Assembly: GCA_964230645.1 (NCBI GenBank)
Contig: CAXRHT010000001.1
Coordinates: 832,001-896,000, forward strand
From: Bdellovibrionales bacterium
Lineage (GTDB): Bacteria > Bdellovibrionota > Bdellovibrionia > Bdellovibrionales > JAGQZY01
DNA length: 64,000 bases
Reading direction: 5' to 3'
The position numbers and the translations under genes are program-made. This document shows, one piece after another, positions 20,247-29,889 of the stretch (the stretch's first letter is position 1; each line of letters begins with the position of its first letter). Under the pieces are notes generated by a model. That model ran no database searches. It was not told where the DNA came from and worked only from the letters and a program-made list of their open reading frames with translations.

Positions 20247-21835
20247 TGAAAAAACTTTTTCTTTTTTCTTTTGCGTTCCTAGTCTCAGTTTTTTTTCTTT
20301 TAATCTATATTGGCAATGTCACCCCTCCCAATATTAAGGAAAAACCTCTCACCATTGAGGAGATCAAAAAGACATCTCAGTTCTTTCCTAAAAAAGACTG
20401 GCAAGTGCATAATGTTTTTTTGACAGGCAACGCTTTTGAGCGAGGGCAACAGTATGCCTATTGGACCCAAGACCTTTTATTCAAACAAGAAAGATCCCTT
20501 TTAAAAAAATTAGACGAGATCTTTCCTTGGACTCCCACTCAGTACGGTATCGCATTTTTCTCAATGGCGTGGTTTCAAGGACTCGAAAACTATTTGAAAG
20601 CCAATTGGCTCGAAGAGATGTATGGCGTTTCTCTTTTCGGTTCAAAAGAGAGAATCTTCTTTGCCACTCCTTTCACTAGACAGATTGCCTACCATGGAAT
20701 TCACGATATGGGACAAATGATGATCGATCAGGGTTTTGTCTTAGGGGCATGTAGCCAGATTGCTATTCCTCAAGACGAAGGGTGGCTTATTGGTCGCAAT
20801 TTCGATTTCGAAGCAGGGCGAGTTTTCGATGAAGATAAAGTGATGAAATGGGTTTTTCCCGATAAAGGTGAGGCCTTTGTTTCGGTGGTTTTCTCAGGAA
20901 TGGTTGGAGTAATCACAGGTATCAATCAAAAAGGGGTCTATGTAGCCATAAACGCCGCTGGAAGCAGTGACTTCACTCGAGTGGGAACACCAACAACCCT
21001 CATTGCACTTGATGCTTTACAGAACGCCCAGTCCGCTACTGAGGCCGTCGAAATTATTAAAAAAGCTCACTCATTGATCACTGAAATCTTTGTGGTGGCT
21101 GACAAAAAATCGATGGTTTACATTGTCGAAAAAACTCCGGAGAGAGTCAGAGTTCTTAAAAAGCAAACAGCTCAGGCCATCACTAACCACTTACAGCATC
21201 CCGACTTCAAAGAGGATGAAATCAATCAGCGTCGCATGAAAAATAACACCACCCTTGTTCGACAAGAGCAAATCTGGAGTGAAATAGACTCTATAAAAGA
21301 TGAGTTTTCTATGGCTCAAGCTCTTAGAACAAAGTTTAGGCTAGAAGGAGAGGAAGTCTTGGGCCACAGGAGCAGTGTTGATGCACTTATAGCCAGTCAC
21401 TCTGTGGTTTATAATTCTAAAAGGCAAAGGCTTTACGTTTCTGAAGGACCTTCCCTAAAAAACCGTTTCATTGGCTTTGATTTAAAAGAATCCTTTCAAC
21501 AAAAGAGTCCGGTACTTATCGATCCCCTCCCCCAGGATCCAGACTTAATGGGTTTTAATTATTACCAGCTTCGAGGACAAATAAGTGACCTCAACGAAAT
21601 TAGAGATGTCGCTCAAAGCGGAGACTGTGAGACCGCCGGGGATTTATTTGCTGAAATCAATCCCACTTTGTTTGCTAACCACTACTCATTTTACTGGAGC
21701 CGAGCCGAGATAGAACTCTGCCGCAAAGACAAAGCCCGAGCCCTTAGGTACTTTTTAAAGGCTAGAAAACTTGAACCCGCCTACCTGCATGAAAAGGAGC
21801 ATATCAATGAGAACATCGCAAACCTTAAGGATTAG
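20243..21835 (+). CDS. C45-family autoproteolytic acyltransferase/Ntn hydrolase with C-terminal TPR-like helix pair
   Basis: GA|CS cleavage site, GRNFDF, TGINQKG, VEKTP and TNH motifs. Confidence 0.85.
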   Translation: MMKKLFLFSFAFLVSVFFLLIYIGNVTPPNIKEKPLTIEEIKKTSQFFPKKDWQVHNVFLTGNAFERGQQYAYWTQDLLFKQERSLLKKLDEIFPWTPTQYGIAFFSMAWFQGLENYLKANWLEEMYGVSLFGSKERIFFATPFTRQIAYHGIHDMGQMMIDQGFVLGACSQIAIPQDEGWLIGRNFDFEAGRVFDEDKVMKWVFPDKGEAFVSVVFSGMVGVITGINQKGVYVAINAAGSSDFTRVGTPTTLIALDALQNAQSATEAVEIIKKAHSLITEIFVVADKKSMVYIVEKTPERVRVLKKQTAQAITNHLQHPDFKEDEINQRRMKNNTTLVRQEQIWSEIDSIKDEFSMAQALRTKFRLEGEEVLGHRSSVDALIASHSVVYNSKRQRLYVSEGPSLKNRFIGFDLKESFQQKSPVLIDPLPQDPDLMGFNYYQLRGQISDLNEIRDVAQSGDCETAGDLFAEINPTLFANHYSFYWSRAEIELCRKDKARALRYFLKARKLEPAYLHEKEHINENIANLKD

Positions 21836-22394
21836 TAGGCTCATTCTTACTATCGCTACTATGGTTGTATTAGCCAACTGTGTGAGCAAAACAAAAGCCC
21901 CAAAACCCGACAGTCATCGATTGTTCCCCAATGGTATTTATTCACAAAGTGTTTACCTGAACATTGAAAAAAGCAATGGCGAGTTGATTAACTTTCCCTT
22001 TAGAAGCCTCTCAAAAATTGAACACAAACAATTTGAAATTATAGGACTGACCCCCTTTGGAACAAAAGCTTTTGAGGCTAAAGGAGACCTTGATCAACCT
22101 GAAGCCATCACAATCGAATTTTTTATAAAAAAACCAAAATTTCTAAAGGATCAATTGATTAAAAATACTCTGACCACAATTCAAGCCATTCAAAATTTAA
22201 ACCGAAAAGAGCTTGTGAGAAATGGCCCGGCCGACCAATTTGACGGAAACGACTTTCTCTTAGAGATTTTTGACTACTCGCAAGGAGATATTCCCCAAAC
22301 CCTTCGATTAACGACCAACACCTGGAAAGCGGATATCAAACTCTTGTCCTATAAAAAATTAGAATCTGGGACGTCTGAAGACGATATTCAGTAA
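21807..22394 (+). CDS. Lipoprotein, DUF3261/LolB-like
   Basis: AGGAG RBS before ATG 21807, lipobox LANC, IIGLTPFGTKAF motif, position after the MMPL/C45 genes. Confidence 0.55.
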   Translation: MRTSQTLRISRLILTIATMVVLANCVSKTKAPKPDSHRLFPNGIYSQSVYLNIEKSNGELINFPFRSLSKIEHKQFEIIGLTPFGTKAFEAKGDLDQPEAITIEFFIKKPKFLKDQLIKNTLTTIQAIQNLNRKELVRNGPADQFDGNDFLLEIFDYSQGDIPQTLRLTTNTWKADIKLLSYKKLESGTSEDDIQ

Positions 22395-22667
22395 AAAAAT
22401 CAAAAAAATACGAAACTTCGCGTAACCGTCACCCACGTACACCAAAGCCCATGACGTTTTGATGACGCTCTTTCCACATCTTTTGAGAACCACGAAGGCT
22501 AAGAGCTTATTAAATTGAATCTCAACCTTCACCAACCCCTTTATGACGCCAGCAATGAAAGAATGAATTCCACACACAGGGATCTTAGGTGGTCCTTGGA
22601 TCAAAAATTATTTAGGTTCCCTCTCAAGCGTAAACAACAAACAAACATCTAAAACGGAGGGTTTTAA

Positions 22668-23105
22668 ATGAAAACATTAATCTTTTTAGCAACAATCTTT
22701 GCTTCTACAATCGTAATGGCTGGAAATTATGAAGTTTATGGAAGAATTCACTTTCAAAAAGCTTCAACTTGGGTTCCTGCTAACAAAGTATGCCAACAAG
22801 GCGGATACCTTTACCACAAAACTAAAGACTATGTGACTAACTACTGCACCGAGCGCGATAAAGCAGAAGGCTGTGAAGCCAATCCTGTGGCACTTGTTCA
22901 ACCAATGATGAGCTCTAAAACAGTTTGTGTTGAGAGCAACAGATCCACTTGCACGAAGTCAGCTGTACGTCCTTACAACCAAGGAACTGTCACTGTAAAA
23001 GTTTTTGCTAGCCAAGCGGCTTGGGAAAACGACCAGTATCCAGTTGATACTTACAAGTACACAGTAGATTCTTGTGGATCTGCTCCTGGTGTACCTGCCA
23101 ACTAA
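22668..23105 (+). CDS. Small secreted Cys-containing protein of unknown function
   Basis: Strong GGAGG RBS, signal peptide, 6 Cys, own terminator. Confidence 0.85.
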   Translation: MKTLIFLATIFASTIVMAGNYEVYGRIHFQKASTWVPANKVCQQGGYLYHKTKDYVTNYCTERDKAEGCEANPVALVQPMMSSKTVCVESNRSTCTKSAVRPYNQGTVTVKVFASQAAWENDQYPVDTYKYTVDSCGSAPGVPAN

Positions 23106-23161
23106 TATTGACCTTAAGACCATATGGAAAAAATTATCTTCCTAACTGGTATTGTTTTGCT

Positions 23162-23193
23162 AGCCACAGTCTCCTTGAGACTGTGGTTTTTTT
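23162..23193 (+). terminator. Intrinsic terminator
   Basis: AGCCACAGTCTC-CTT-GAGACTGTGGTT followed by a T-run. Confidence 0.85.
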
Positions 23194-23306
23194 ACGTTGA
23201 GTACTAAAAAAAGGTGATTTCGAGGTGTAAACACTTCAAAACAGGGCGAATTCGTTGAGATTCTGCAAGGGAAATCCTAGAAATTAAACCTCTCAAAGGG
23301 ACAAAC

Positions 23307-24080
23307 ATGTGGGCACTTTTTCTCATTTTAAACATTATTAATCCGGCATGGGCTTTTCCTAAAAATATTGAAGTCGTAGAAAACGTTGTTATTGGTCGTG
23401 AGATCAGTGTTCCTGGAGACCGCTTATGTCACGATGGCGTCCATATTTATTTCCGCTCACAAGAAGACTGCCAAAAAACCAATATTGAGCATAGCTGTCG
23501 GAGCCAATTCATCGCACCTATCAGGCAAGCCGAAGTGATCTCCATTGATGAGAACAAAAAGATTTATCGATTTTTCGATGTGCCGAAAAGTTACGAAGTG
23601 AGAACCTATAACCCTGACGAGCGCGGTTATTTTGATCTCGTAGCACGGCAGACCCACTCCATTCCTTTTTGCTCAGGTGCTGAGCCCCGCGAACCAGTGA
23701 TCGTCTTTGAGCAAAGAGAAGGAACTCCAGAGGAACTGCCTTTTCTACAGAGACTTTTCAACTTTGGTGTGACTGTCATCAATACGGGCTTTGGGCCATT
23801 AAAAAGTCTTCATATGTTAAATCAAGAGAGTCACGAACTGGATTTTATCGACTATCGCTATCACACCAATATTCGTAGTCCTCTTTGTGTCGACGACCCC
23901 ATTCATGAAAATTTGATCCAACAAATTTCCGGAGAGTACAGTGGCGGAGGCGTTCGCTTTTTCAATATCAATCTACTTCAAAATATCTCTGGAGAGATCA
24001 TTCTCCCTACAAATCAAGATGTTTTAGAAACAAATCCTGAAGACTACCTTCTCGATTGCCTACCCTCGGTGAGCCTATGA
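23307..24080 (+). CDS. Secreted protein; N-terminal domain similar to the 22668 protein
   Basis: Signal peptide (PAWA); VPGDRLCHDGVHIYFR aligns with VPANKVCQQGGYLYHK. Confidence 0.75.
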   Translation: MWALFLILNIINPAWAFPKNIEVVENVVIGREISVPGDRLCHDGVHIYFRSQEDCQKTNIEHSCRSQFIAPIRQAEVISIDENKKIYRFFDVPKSYEVRTYNPDERGYFDLVARQTHSIPFCSGAEPREPVIVFEQREGTPEELPFLQRLFNFGVTVINTGFGPLKSLHMLNQESHELDFIDYRYHTNIRSPLCVDDPIHENLIQQISGEYSGGGVRFFNINLLQNISGEIILPTNQDVLETNPEDYLLDCLPSVSL

Positions 24081-24889
24081 TAGACACTCAACGGGCAGGT
24101 AAAAAAATATGTGAAAACTCAGCTTTTGACTCTGTGGTTGAACATCTAAAGTTTGTCATTTCGACCTATCTGGAAGAAAAACCTCATATGAGCCTTGGAG
24201 CCATTAGCAAAAAATGCTCTGTTAGCGAGCCCACTTTGCGCAGGATCATGAAGGGACAAATAAAAACTTTCCCAACAGTCACAACAGTGCTCGACATACT
24301 CACTTATGTAACCAATGAAAAGAAAACCTCAAAAATAATCTCTCTCTACCCAGGCCCCATCGCAGATTTTCTCAAAGAGATGGCCCCTTACGTGGAAGAC
24401 ACTCAAACCGATTACAGTGTTGAAATTAACCAAGAACTCAAACAACCCGTTAAATATTTAATTTACAAACTGGCTTCAAACTCAGCGGGTGTGACCAGAC
24501 AAAAAGTCAGCGACCTTTTCGGTGCCCACGGTTTAAAAAGTTTGGATTCACTCCAAGATAAGGCTTATATCGAAGAACGCGCCGGTAAGTACTTTAGTAC
24601 CTCAAAAAGCTTCACTTCCAGTCACGAAAACTTTGTGGAAAATTTCAAAACAGTCTCAGAGTTTCTAAAACCCGACAAACTCTCCCCAAGAAGCCGCCTC
24701 AATCCCCTCTTCAGAAACTTCTCAAACTCAGTCTCCCCGGAAGCCTTCGAAGAAATCCTAAAACTCCAAAAAAAGACCATGGCCCGTATAGCCCAAATCA
24801 TGACCAACGAAGAAAACCAAGGCGAAATCCCCCTCTTCCTACTACTAGCCATAGACACCCTAGACACAAAACCCCCCTCAGAATTCTAA
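24077..24889 (+). CDS. HTH protein, TIGR02147/DUF4423-like
   Basis: N-terminal HTH (SLGAISKKCSVSEPTLRRIMKG), central winged-helix-like segment, C-terminal SVSPEAFEEI. ATGA overlap with the upstream gene. Confidence 0.6.
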   Translation: MIDTQRAGKKICENSAFDSVVEHLKFVISTYLEEKPHMSLGAISKKCSVSEPTLRRIMKGQIKTFPTVTTVLDILTYVTNEKKTSKIISLYPGPIADFLKEMAPYVEDTQTDYSVEINQELKQPVKYLIYKLASNSAGVTRQKVSDLFGAHGLKSLDSLQDKAYIEERAGKYFSTSKSFTSSHENFVENFKTVSEFLKPDKLSPRSRLNPLFRNFSNSVSPEAFEEILKLQKKTMARIAQIMTNEENQGEIPLFLLLAIDTLDTKPPSEF

Positions 24890-24921
24890 ATAAAGAGCTC
24901 TTCCCACTACAAATGTAGTCT

Positions 24922-25085
24922 CCATTGCCTGGCTTGCGAGAGCCGAGGGGCTTGTCCCAAAGGCTCGAGCCGCGAGCGTTGCGTATCTTGGGTTGCGCCC
25001 AGAAGTGGGGCAATCCCGGAGACGAAATGCACCCGTCGGCATGCCTTGGGGACAAGCCCCTCGGCTCTCGCAAGCCAGGCAATGG
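24922..25085. repeat. Long palindromic hairpin element 2 (43-bp arms, 78-nt loop)
   Basis: 24922-24964 is the reverse complement of 25043-25085 with 1 mismatch. GC-rich, between convergent genes. The arm core resembles hairpin 1. Confidence 0.9.
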
Positions 25086-25091
25086 CCCGAT

Positions 25092-27065
25092 CTACATACT
25101 ATAACGATTGGGTAAACAGAGCGAACCATCAGGCCGCGTCGGCCGACGCGAAAAAAAGTTATAATGATTGAACCACTGCTTAGGATGTTGCTCGATTGTT
25201 TTCTCAACAAAATGAATATACTCCATCATAGCCTCGTAAACACTCAAGGTTCTCATATCCAGAGTTTTGGCAGCCAGTCCGTAGTTTTGCCCCTCTTCTT
25301 TAAAACCAAGAACGAAACTTAGTTGTACTTTATAAGTCTTTGCCAAACGAAAGGGCGTGGAAGGAAAAGGAGCGAGCTTTCCCATAAAAGGAAGAAGTTC
25401 AAAGTTATTGTCAAAGGGGCGATCTCCCATCAGAGCCATGTCATGGCTGTTAGAGAGGATGTCATGAATACCCATATAAATAGGCTCACCGGGCTCGAAA
25501 TAAAGAGTTTTTAAATTTTCTGAGGGACTTTCTTTTACCACCGATTCCGTTGATATTTTACTTGAGCGGTAGCGTACTAGATAAATCGTGCGATCAAAGC
25601 CTTTGCGACTGAAGCCTTGAGCGGTTAGCCCCCAACCTCCAAAATGAGAGAAAATAAGAATTTGAGAACTATTTTCCACAATTTTTTTAAGAGGCTCTCC
25701 TTCTCTGTAAGTGAGATCAAATTTTAATTCTTTGAACATGGCTTGATAAACTTGATCGACTAAGACTTGAGCAAATCGATAAAGATGCTGAATAATGCGA
25801 ACCTGAAGGCGTGTCCATCCAATGCCCGGTTCAATGATTCGATAGTATTCCGAAAGTCCGCGACGGGCTTTGGGTGCAAAAAGATAAAAATAAGGCACGA
25901 TCATATACAAAAAGAAATAGGCCATAGGAAGTCCACCGAATTTAATAATTCGTCCCATGGTCCAATGAGCCCACTTCGAGCCTCTCATATTTCCTGACCA
26001 GTTAATTTTTGATTTTTTCTCGGTCATTTGAACTTTGTACCAAAATCCACCTAGGAGAATAGCAAGCCCTCCCCCTACAATAAGGGAGCCAAGTAACCAG
26101 GAGGTGAAATGATTTTGAGCCACCTCCATCCATTTTCCTTCAAAATTAAATTTATGCCCCGTGATTTTAAAACCCACAAAAAGCTGCAATGGGACTAGTA
26201 ATGTATAAATGGGGGGAAGAGAAACTTGTGATCCTAAAAACGCAATAGGAAAACTCAACCGAAAGATAAACGCACAAGTAATAATTAAAAATGTCTGCAA
26301 ACCATAAAAAGGGGTGCAGGCAATAAAAACACCCATCGCAAGTGACAATGACGAGTGCAGGGGCCTTGTGCTGTTATGTAAACTTGTAAGGGCTATCAAC
26401 CACCAATCATAAAATGATTTTTTCCAACCCAGAAGTTCATTTTTCGTGCGAGTCTGCTCAGGATAGTCCACCGGGAGACTGACCTCTTCACACTCACCAC
26501 TAAGGCAGTGGATAAGAAGTTTTTCATGCAAATAATGATCGTTTTTTTTAAATTTTTTATCTTGAATATAGAAAATAGGATAAATCACAATTTCTGAATT
26601 GAGGTTGCGATAATCTTTTTCTCCAAGGTCCAAGAGCCGCTGCATAAAAGCGTTGTTGCGATGAGTTTGTCTTTTCCGAGGGACTAGCGCGATACGAGCC
26701 CAGGGGTTTGCGAGAATCAATTCTTTGCTTCTTTTAAGCTCACTGATAATAGGTCCCGAGAATCGATTCACATGAATAAGATGAGTCCAACCTTTCTTGC
26801 CACAGGTTTCGACACAATGTGAAAAAGCCGAGGTCTCATGCTCTGTTTCATCGGAGATAATTTGCACTTGGTCAGGGGCAAACACCTGCAGAATCGCCTG
26901 AGGATCCTGGCAAAGTTGGAGTTCGTGAGCATCGATGAGGACTGGTATTTTTAGCTCTGAAAGGGCTTTTAACGCCTCCAGGTCTTCAAGATGCCACTCA
27001 GTAATGAAGAGTACGGGTCTCAAATCCACGGTCTTACTAATATCCTTGCGTGCGCATTGAGTCAT
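25092..27065 (-). CDS. Fusion: degenerate GT2 + DUF2062 + LpxL/HtrB-family acyltransferase
   Basis: DUF2062-like GVFIACTPFYGLQT; C-terminal ALMGDR, FMGKLAPFP and HPKQWFNHYNF; the N-terminus aligns by eye with the GT2 at 10229. Confidence 0.75.
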   Translation of the reverse strand: MTQCARKDISKTVDLRPVLFITEWHLEDLEALKALSELKIPVLIDAHELQLCQDPQAILQVFAPDQVQIISDETEHETSAFSHCVETCGKKGWTHLIHVNRFSGPIISELKRSKELILANPWARIALVPRKRQTHRNNAFMQRLLDLGEKDYRNLNSEIVIYPIFYIQDKKFKKNDHYLHEKLLIHCLSGECEEVSLPVDYPEQTRTKNELLGWKKSFYDWWLIALTSLHNSTRPLHSSLSLAMGVFIACTPFYGLQTFLIITCAFIFRLSFPIAFLGSQVSLPPIYTLLVPLQLFVGFKITGHKFNFEGKWMEVAQNHFTSWLLGSLIVGGGLAILLGGFWYKVQMTEKKSKINWSGNMRGSKWAHWTMGRIIKFGGLPMAYFFLYMIVPYFYLFAPKARRGLSEYYRIIEPGIGWTRLQVRIIQHLYRFAQVLVDQVYQAMFKELKFDLTYREGEPLKKIVENSSQILIFSHFGGWGLTAQGFSRKGFDRTIYLVRYRSSKISTESVVKESPSENLKTLYFEPGEPIYMGIHDILSNSHDMALMGDRPFDNNFELLPFMGKLAPFPSTPFRLAKTYKVQLSFVLGFKEEGQNYGLAAKTLDMRTLSVYEAMMEYIHFVEKTIEQHPKQWFNHYNFFSRRPTRPDGSLCLPNRYSM

Positions 27066-27225
27066 TCATTCTATATGATTGTCACCGGGTTGTCTCATGA
27101 TATTTTTACGGACTTCACTCTGATGCGGAAATTTTTCTGTTCAAAAAGTCGGCTGTTTTTTTGAATGGCCCTTTTTTATTCGGCAGGTTATTGCCAAATC
27201 AGAGGTAAAAAAGGATCAGAATGTA

Positions 27226-27963
27226 ATGTCTCAAAAATGGGTTTTAGTGACCGGGGCTTCAGGGGGAATTGGAAAAGCCATAGCCAAGCGCTTAGCCAGC
27301 GACGGTTTTTCATTGTTACTTCACTACAACTCAAATGAAGAGGCGGCCCAAAACGTTCTTGAAGAAATAAAAAATCAAGGCGGCCGTGGGCAATTGATCC
27401 AGTTTAATGTCTCCGACTCTTCACAAGTTGAAAAATCTCTCGACGCTTTTTTTCAAAACTTAGAAGGTGAGTTTTACGGGCTCGTCAATAATGCTGGAAT
27501 TCACATTGATACCATGGCTGGTCTGATGAGTGATGAAGACTTTGATAAAGTCATTCAAACAAATCTCTACGGCGCCTTTTATATTTTAAGATATGGTCTT
27601 AAAAAACTCATGCGCAATCGTAAGGGCTCAATTGTCAATATGGCCTCTCTTTCTGGACAAGTGGGAAATGCCGGACAGCTTAATTATGCCGCCAGTAAAG
27701 CCGGACTCGTTGCCATGACAAAAACCTTAAGTGCTGAGTTAGCGAAACGAAACATCCGCGTCAATGCCGTCTCCCCTGGCCTTATTGAAACCGACATGGT
27801 CACTGATATTCCAGGCCTAGAAAATATGGTGAAACAAATCCCTCTACAAAGAATGGGACAGCCTGAAGAAGTCGCTGGTGCCGTCTCATTTTTATTTTCT
27901 GAGGACAGCACCTATATCACTGGTCAAACGATTAGTGTAAACGGAGGACTGTTTCCGGCATGA
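27226..27963 (+). CDS. fabG: 3-oxoacyl-ACP reductase (ApeQ-like)
   Basis: [17 protein letters not shown] and NAVSPG motifs. Confidence 0.93.
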   Translation: MSQKWVLVTGASGGIGKAIAKRLASDGFSLLLHYNSNEEAAQNVLEEIKNQGGRGQLIQFNVSDSSQVEKSLDAFFQNLEGEFYGLVNNAGIHIDTMAGLMSDEDFDKVIQTNLYGAFYILRYGLKKLMRNRKGSIVNMASLSGQVGNAGQLNYAASKAGLVAMTKTLSAELAKRNIRVNAVSPGLIETDMVTDIPGLENMVKQIPLQRMGQPEEVAGAVSFLFSEDSTYITGQTISVNGGLFPA

Positions 27964-29198
27964 ATCAAAGAGTTTTTATCACAGGCACAGGCATAATCTC
28001 TTCACTCGGAAATGATGTGGAAACGGTTTTCAAAAACCTTGTCTCGGGACAATCCGGTGTTAAAGCCATGCCCGACTGGAAGCAATACAATGGTTTAAAA
28101 TCTCACCTCATGGCTCCCGCCTGGAAATATGACATCGCAAGCATCCCACGCAAAAAACGACGAAGCATGTCCCCTATGGCGGAAATGGGAGCTCTTGCGA
28201 CTTTTCAGGCCATGAAACAAGCAGGCCTTCCCGATGAAAACCCTTGGGAATCCATCGAAGCCTTGCGCTCTTTATTTATTATGGGTTCCACCTCAGGAAG
28301 TCCAGCCACTCTCGAGGCTCACTTTCAGAAACTTTTCGAAAAAGGGGGACCTGAAGGACAAACTTCCACCGCTTTTTTCAAGATCATGAATCATTCGGTC
28401 CCAGCCAATGTCGCCCTAGCAACAGACTTCAGAGGTCCTCTTCTCTCAACCGGCTCCGCCTGTAGCACAAGTTCACAAGCAATGATCCAGGCTTGGGAAA
28501 TGATCCAATCAGGACTTTATGACTTTGCCATCGTCGGTGGCGCTGATGAAGCCTTTTACACCAGTGCGGCAATCTTTGATACCGTTCAAGCCGCTTCCAC
28601 AGGATACAATGATCGGCCCGATGAATCCCCTCGCCCATTTGATAAGGCTCGCGACGGTTTGGTTATTTCTGAAGGCGCTGGAATGATGATTTTAGAATCG
28701 GAAAAATCAATAGAAAAACGTGGAGTGAAACCACTGGCCGAATTTCTCGGTGGTGCTTACTACTGCGACGGGCAACACATGAGTCAACCGAGCCCGGAAT
28801 CCATGGTGAGTACAATGAACTGGGCTCTTGAGCGCGCAAAATTAAAACCGGAAGGCATTGATTATATAAATGCTCACGCCACCTCTACAGTGCTTGGTGA
28901 CCTCCAAGAAGCGCAGGCTATTTCTGAGGTCTTTGGCGCTGAAACTCCGGTGAGTAGTTTAAAAGGCCACTTTGGTCACTCACTAGCGGCTTGTGGAACC
29001 ATTGAGGCCATTTGTAGTATCGAAATGATGAAAGCCGGCCTTGTCATTAAAAATAGAAATCTTACCGAGACCGATCCGGCCTTAGCTCCTATCAATGCCT
29101 TGTCTAAAAACCAAGAAGGCCGTTACAATAGAATACTGAGTAATAATTTTGCTTTTGGCGGGATGAACACAAGTTTCATCATCGAAAATTGTGAGTGA
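27960..29198 (+). CDS. Beta-ketoacyl-ACP synthase II-like (KS2, ApeR-like)
   Basis: [29 protein letters not shown] and NFAFGG motifs. Confidence 0.93.
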   Translation: MNQRVFITGTGIISSLGNDVETVFKNLVSGQSGVKAMPDWKQYNGLKSHLMAPAWKYDIASIPRKKRRSMSPMAEMGALATFQAMKQAGLPDENPWESIEALRSLFIMGSTSGSPATLEAHFQKLFEKGGPEGQTSTAFFKIMNHSVPANVALATDFRGPLLSTGSACSTSSQAMIQAWEMIQSGLYDFAIVGGADEAFYTSAAIFDTVQAASTGYNDRPDESPRPFDKARDGLVISEGAGMMILESEKSIEKRGVKPLAEFLGGAYYCDGQHMSQPSPESMVSTMNWALERAKLKPEGIDYINAHATSTVLGDLQEAQAISEVFGAETPVSSLKGHFGHSLAACGTIEAICSIEMMKAGLVIKNRNLTETDPALAPINALSKNQEGRYNRILSNNFAFGGMNTSFIIENCE

Positions 29199-29202
29199 AT
29201 TT

Positions 29203-29463
29203 ATGGAAAAACAAGAATTAATAACCAGAGTGAATGAAGTCATGGTAGAGGGTTTCGAGCTTGATCCTCAGGATCTGAAACCAGAGGCCAAGATTGTTGA
29301 CGACCTTGAACTCGATAGCCTCGATGCCATCGATATGCTTGTGTACTTAGAGGAAAAAATTAACATCAAAGTAGATCCTGAGCGCTTTCGCCAAGTTCGA
29401 ACTCTGAGTGATGTATACGATGTGGTGGAAGAGGTTCTTCAGGAGTCAGGCAAAACCAAATGA
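29203..29463 (+). CDS. Acyl carrier protein (ACP2)
   Basis: DLELDSLDAIDM motif. Confidence 0.93.
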   Translation: MEKQELITRVNEVMVEGFELDPQDLKPEAKIVDDLELDSLDAIDMLVYLEEKINIKVDPERFRQVRTLSDVYDVVEEVLQESGKTK

Positions 29464-29804
29464 AGTTGAGCGAGTTTTTCCTGGTTACTAACACCTGTCC
29501 AAAGGAGTTTCCAGTCCTTGCCATTATCGGTTGATGCGTTGACCTCGACCGTATGATTGGGTTGAACCAAAGAAATAAACTTCGATCTTTTCATCTCAAT
29601 TTTATTGTAGGTAATACTTGGACAAATATTTTCGAGGAGATAGAAACTGATATCAATAATACTAACCGCCGGTAAAATTGGATTTCCTGGAAAATGGCCT
29701 TCGAAAGAAGGGAGATTCTCACTCACCTCAAAGTTTGCAACCAGATGGGATTCTGATTTTTCTTTGATTTCAAATTTTACTAAATCACGAATTCTTTTAT
29801 CCAC
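29439..29804 (-). CDS. FabA/FabZ-like dehydratase (ApeI-like)
   Basis: FEGHFPGNPILPAV and KFISLVQP motifs. Probable GTG start at 29804; the 3' end overlaps ACP2 by 25 bp. Confidence 0.85.
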   Translation of the reverse strand: MDKRIRDLVKFEIKEKSESHLVANFEVSENLPSFEGHFPGNPILPAVSIIDISFYLLENICPSITYNKIEMKRSKFISLVQPNHTVEVNASTDNGKDWKLLWTGVSNQEKLAQLHLVLPDS

Positions 29805-29889
29805 CTCTATGTTTGTGCCAAGCCACACTCTTGCGGTCAAGGCATTGCTTCGTGACTCTCTCTTTTCTCTCACTCAGAGGAGAGACTAA

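Noticed and set aside
24798..25210. ORFs 24798..25082 and 24878..25210
   Set aside because: GC-rich hairpin 2 read-through overlapping real genes.
27181..27196. sigma54 promoter before fabG (CGGCAGGTTATTGC)
   Set aside because: GG-GC spacing is 9, not the required 10.
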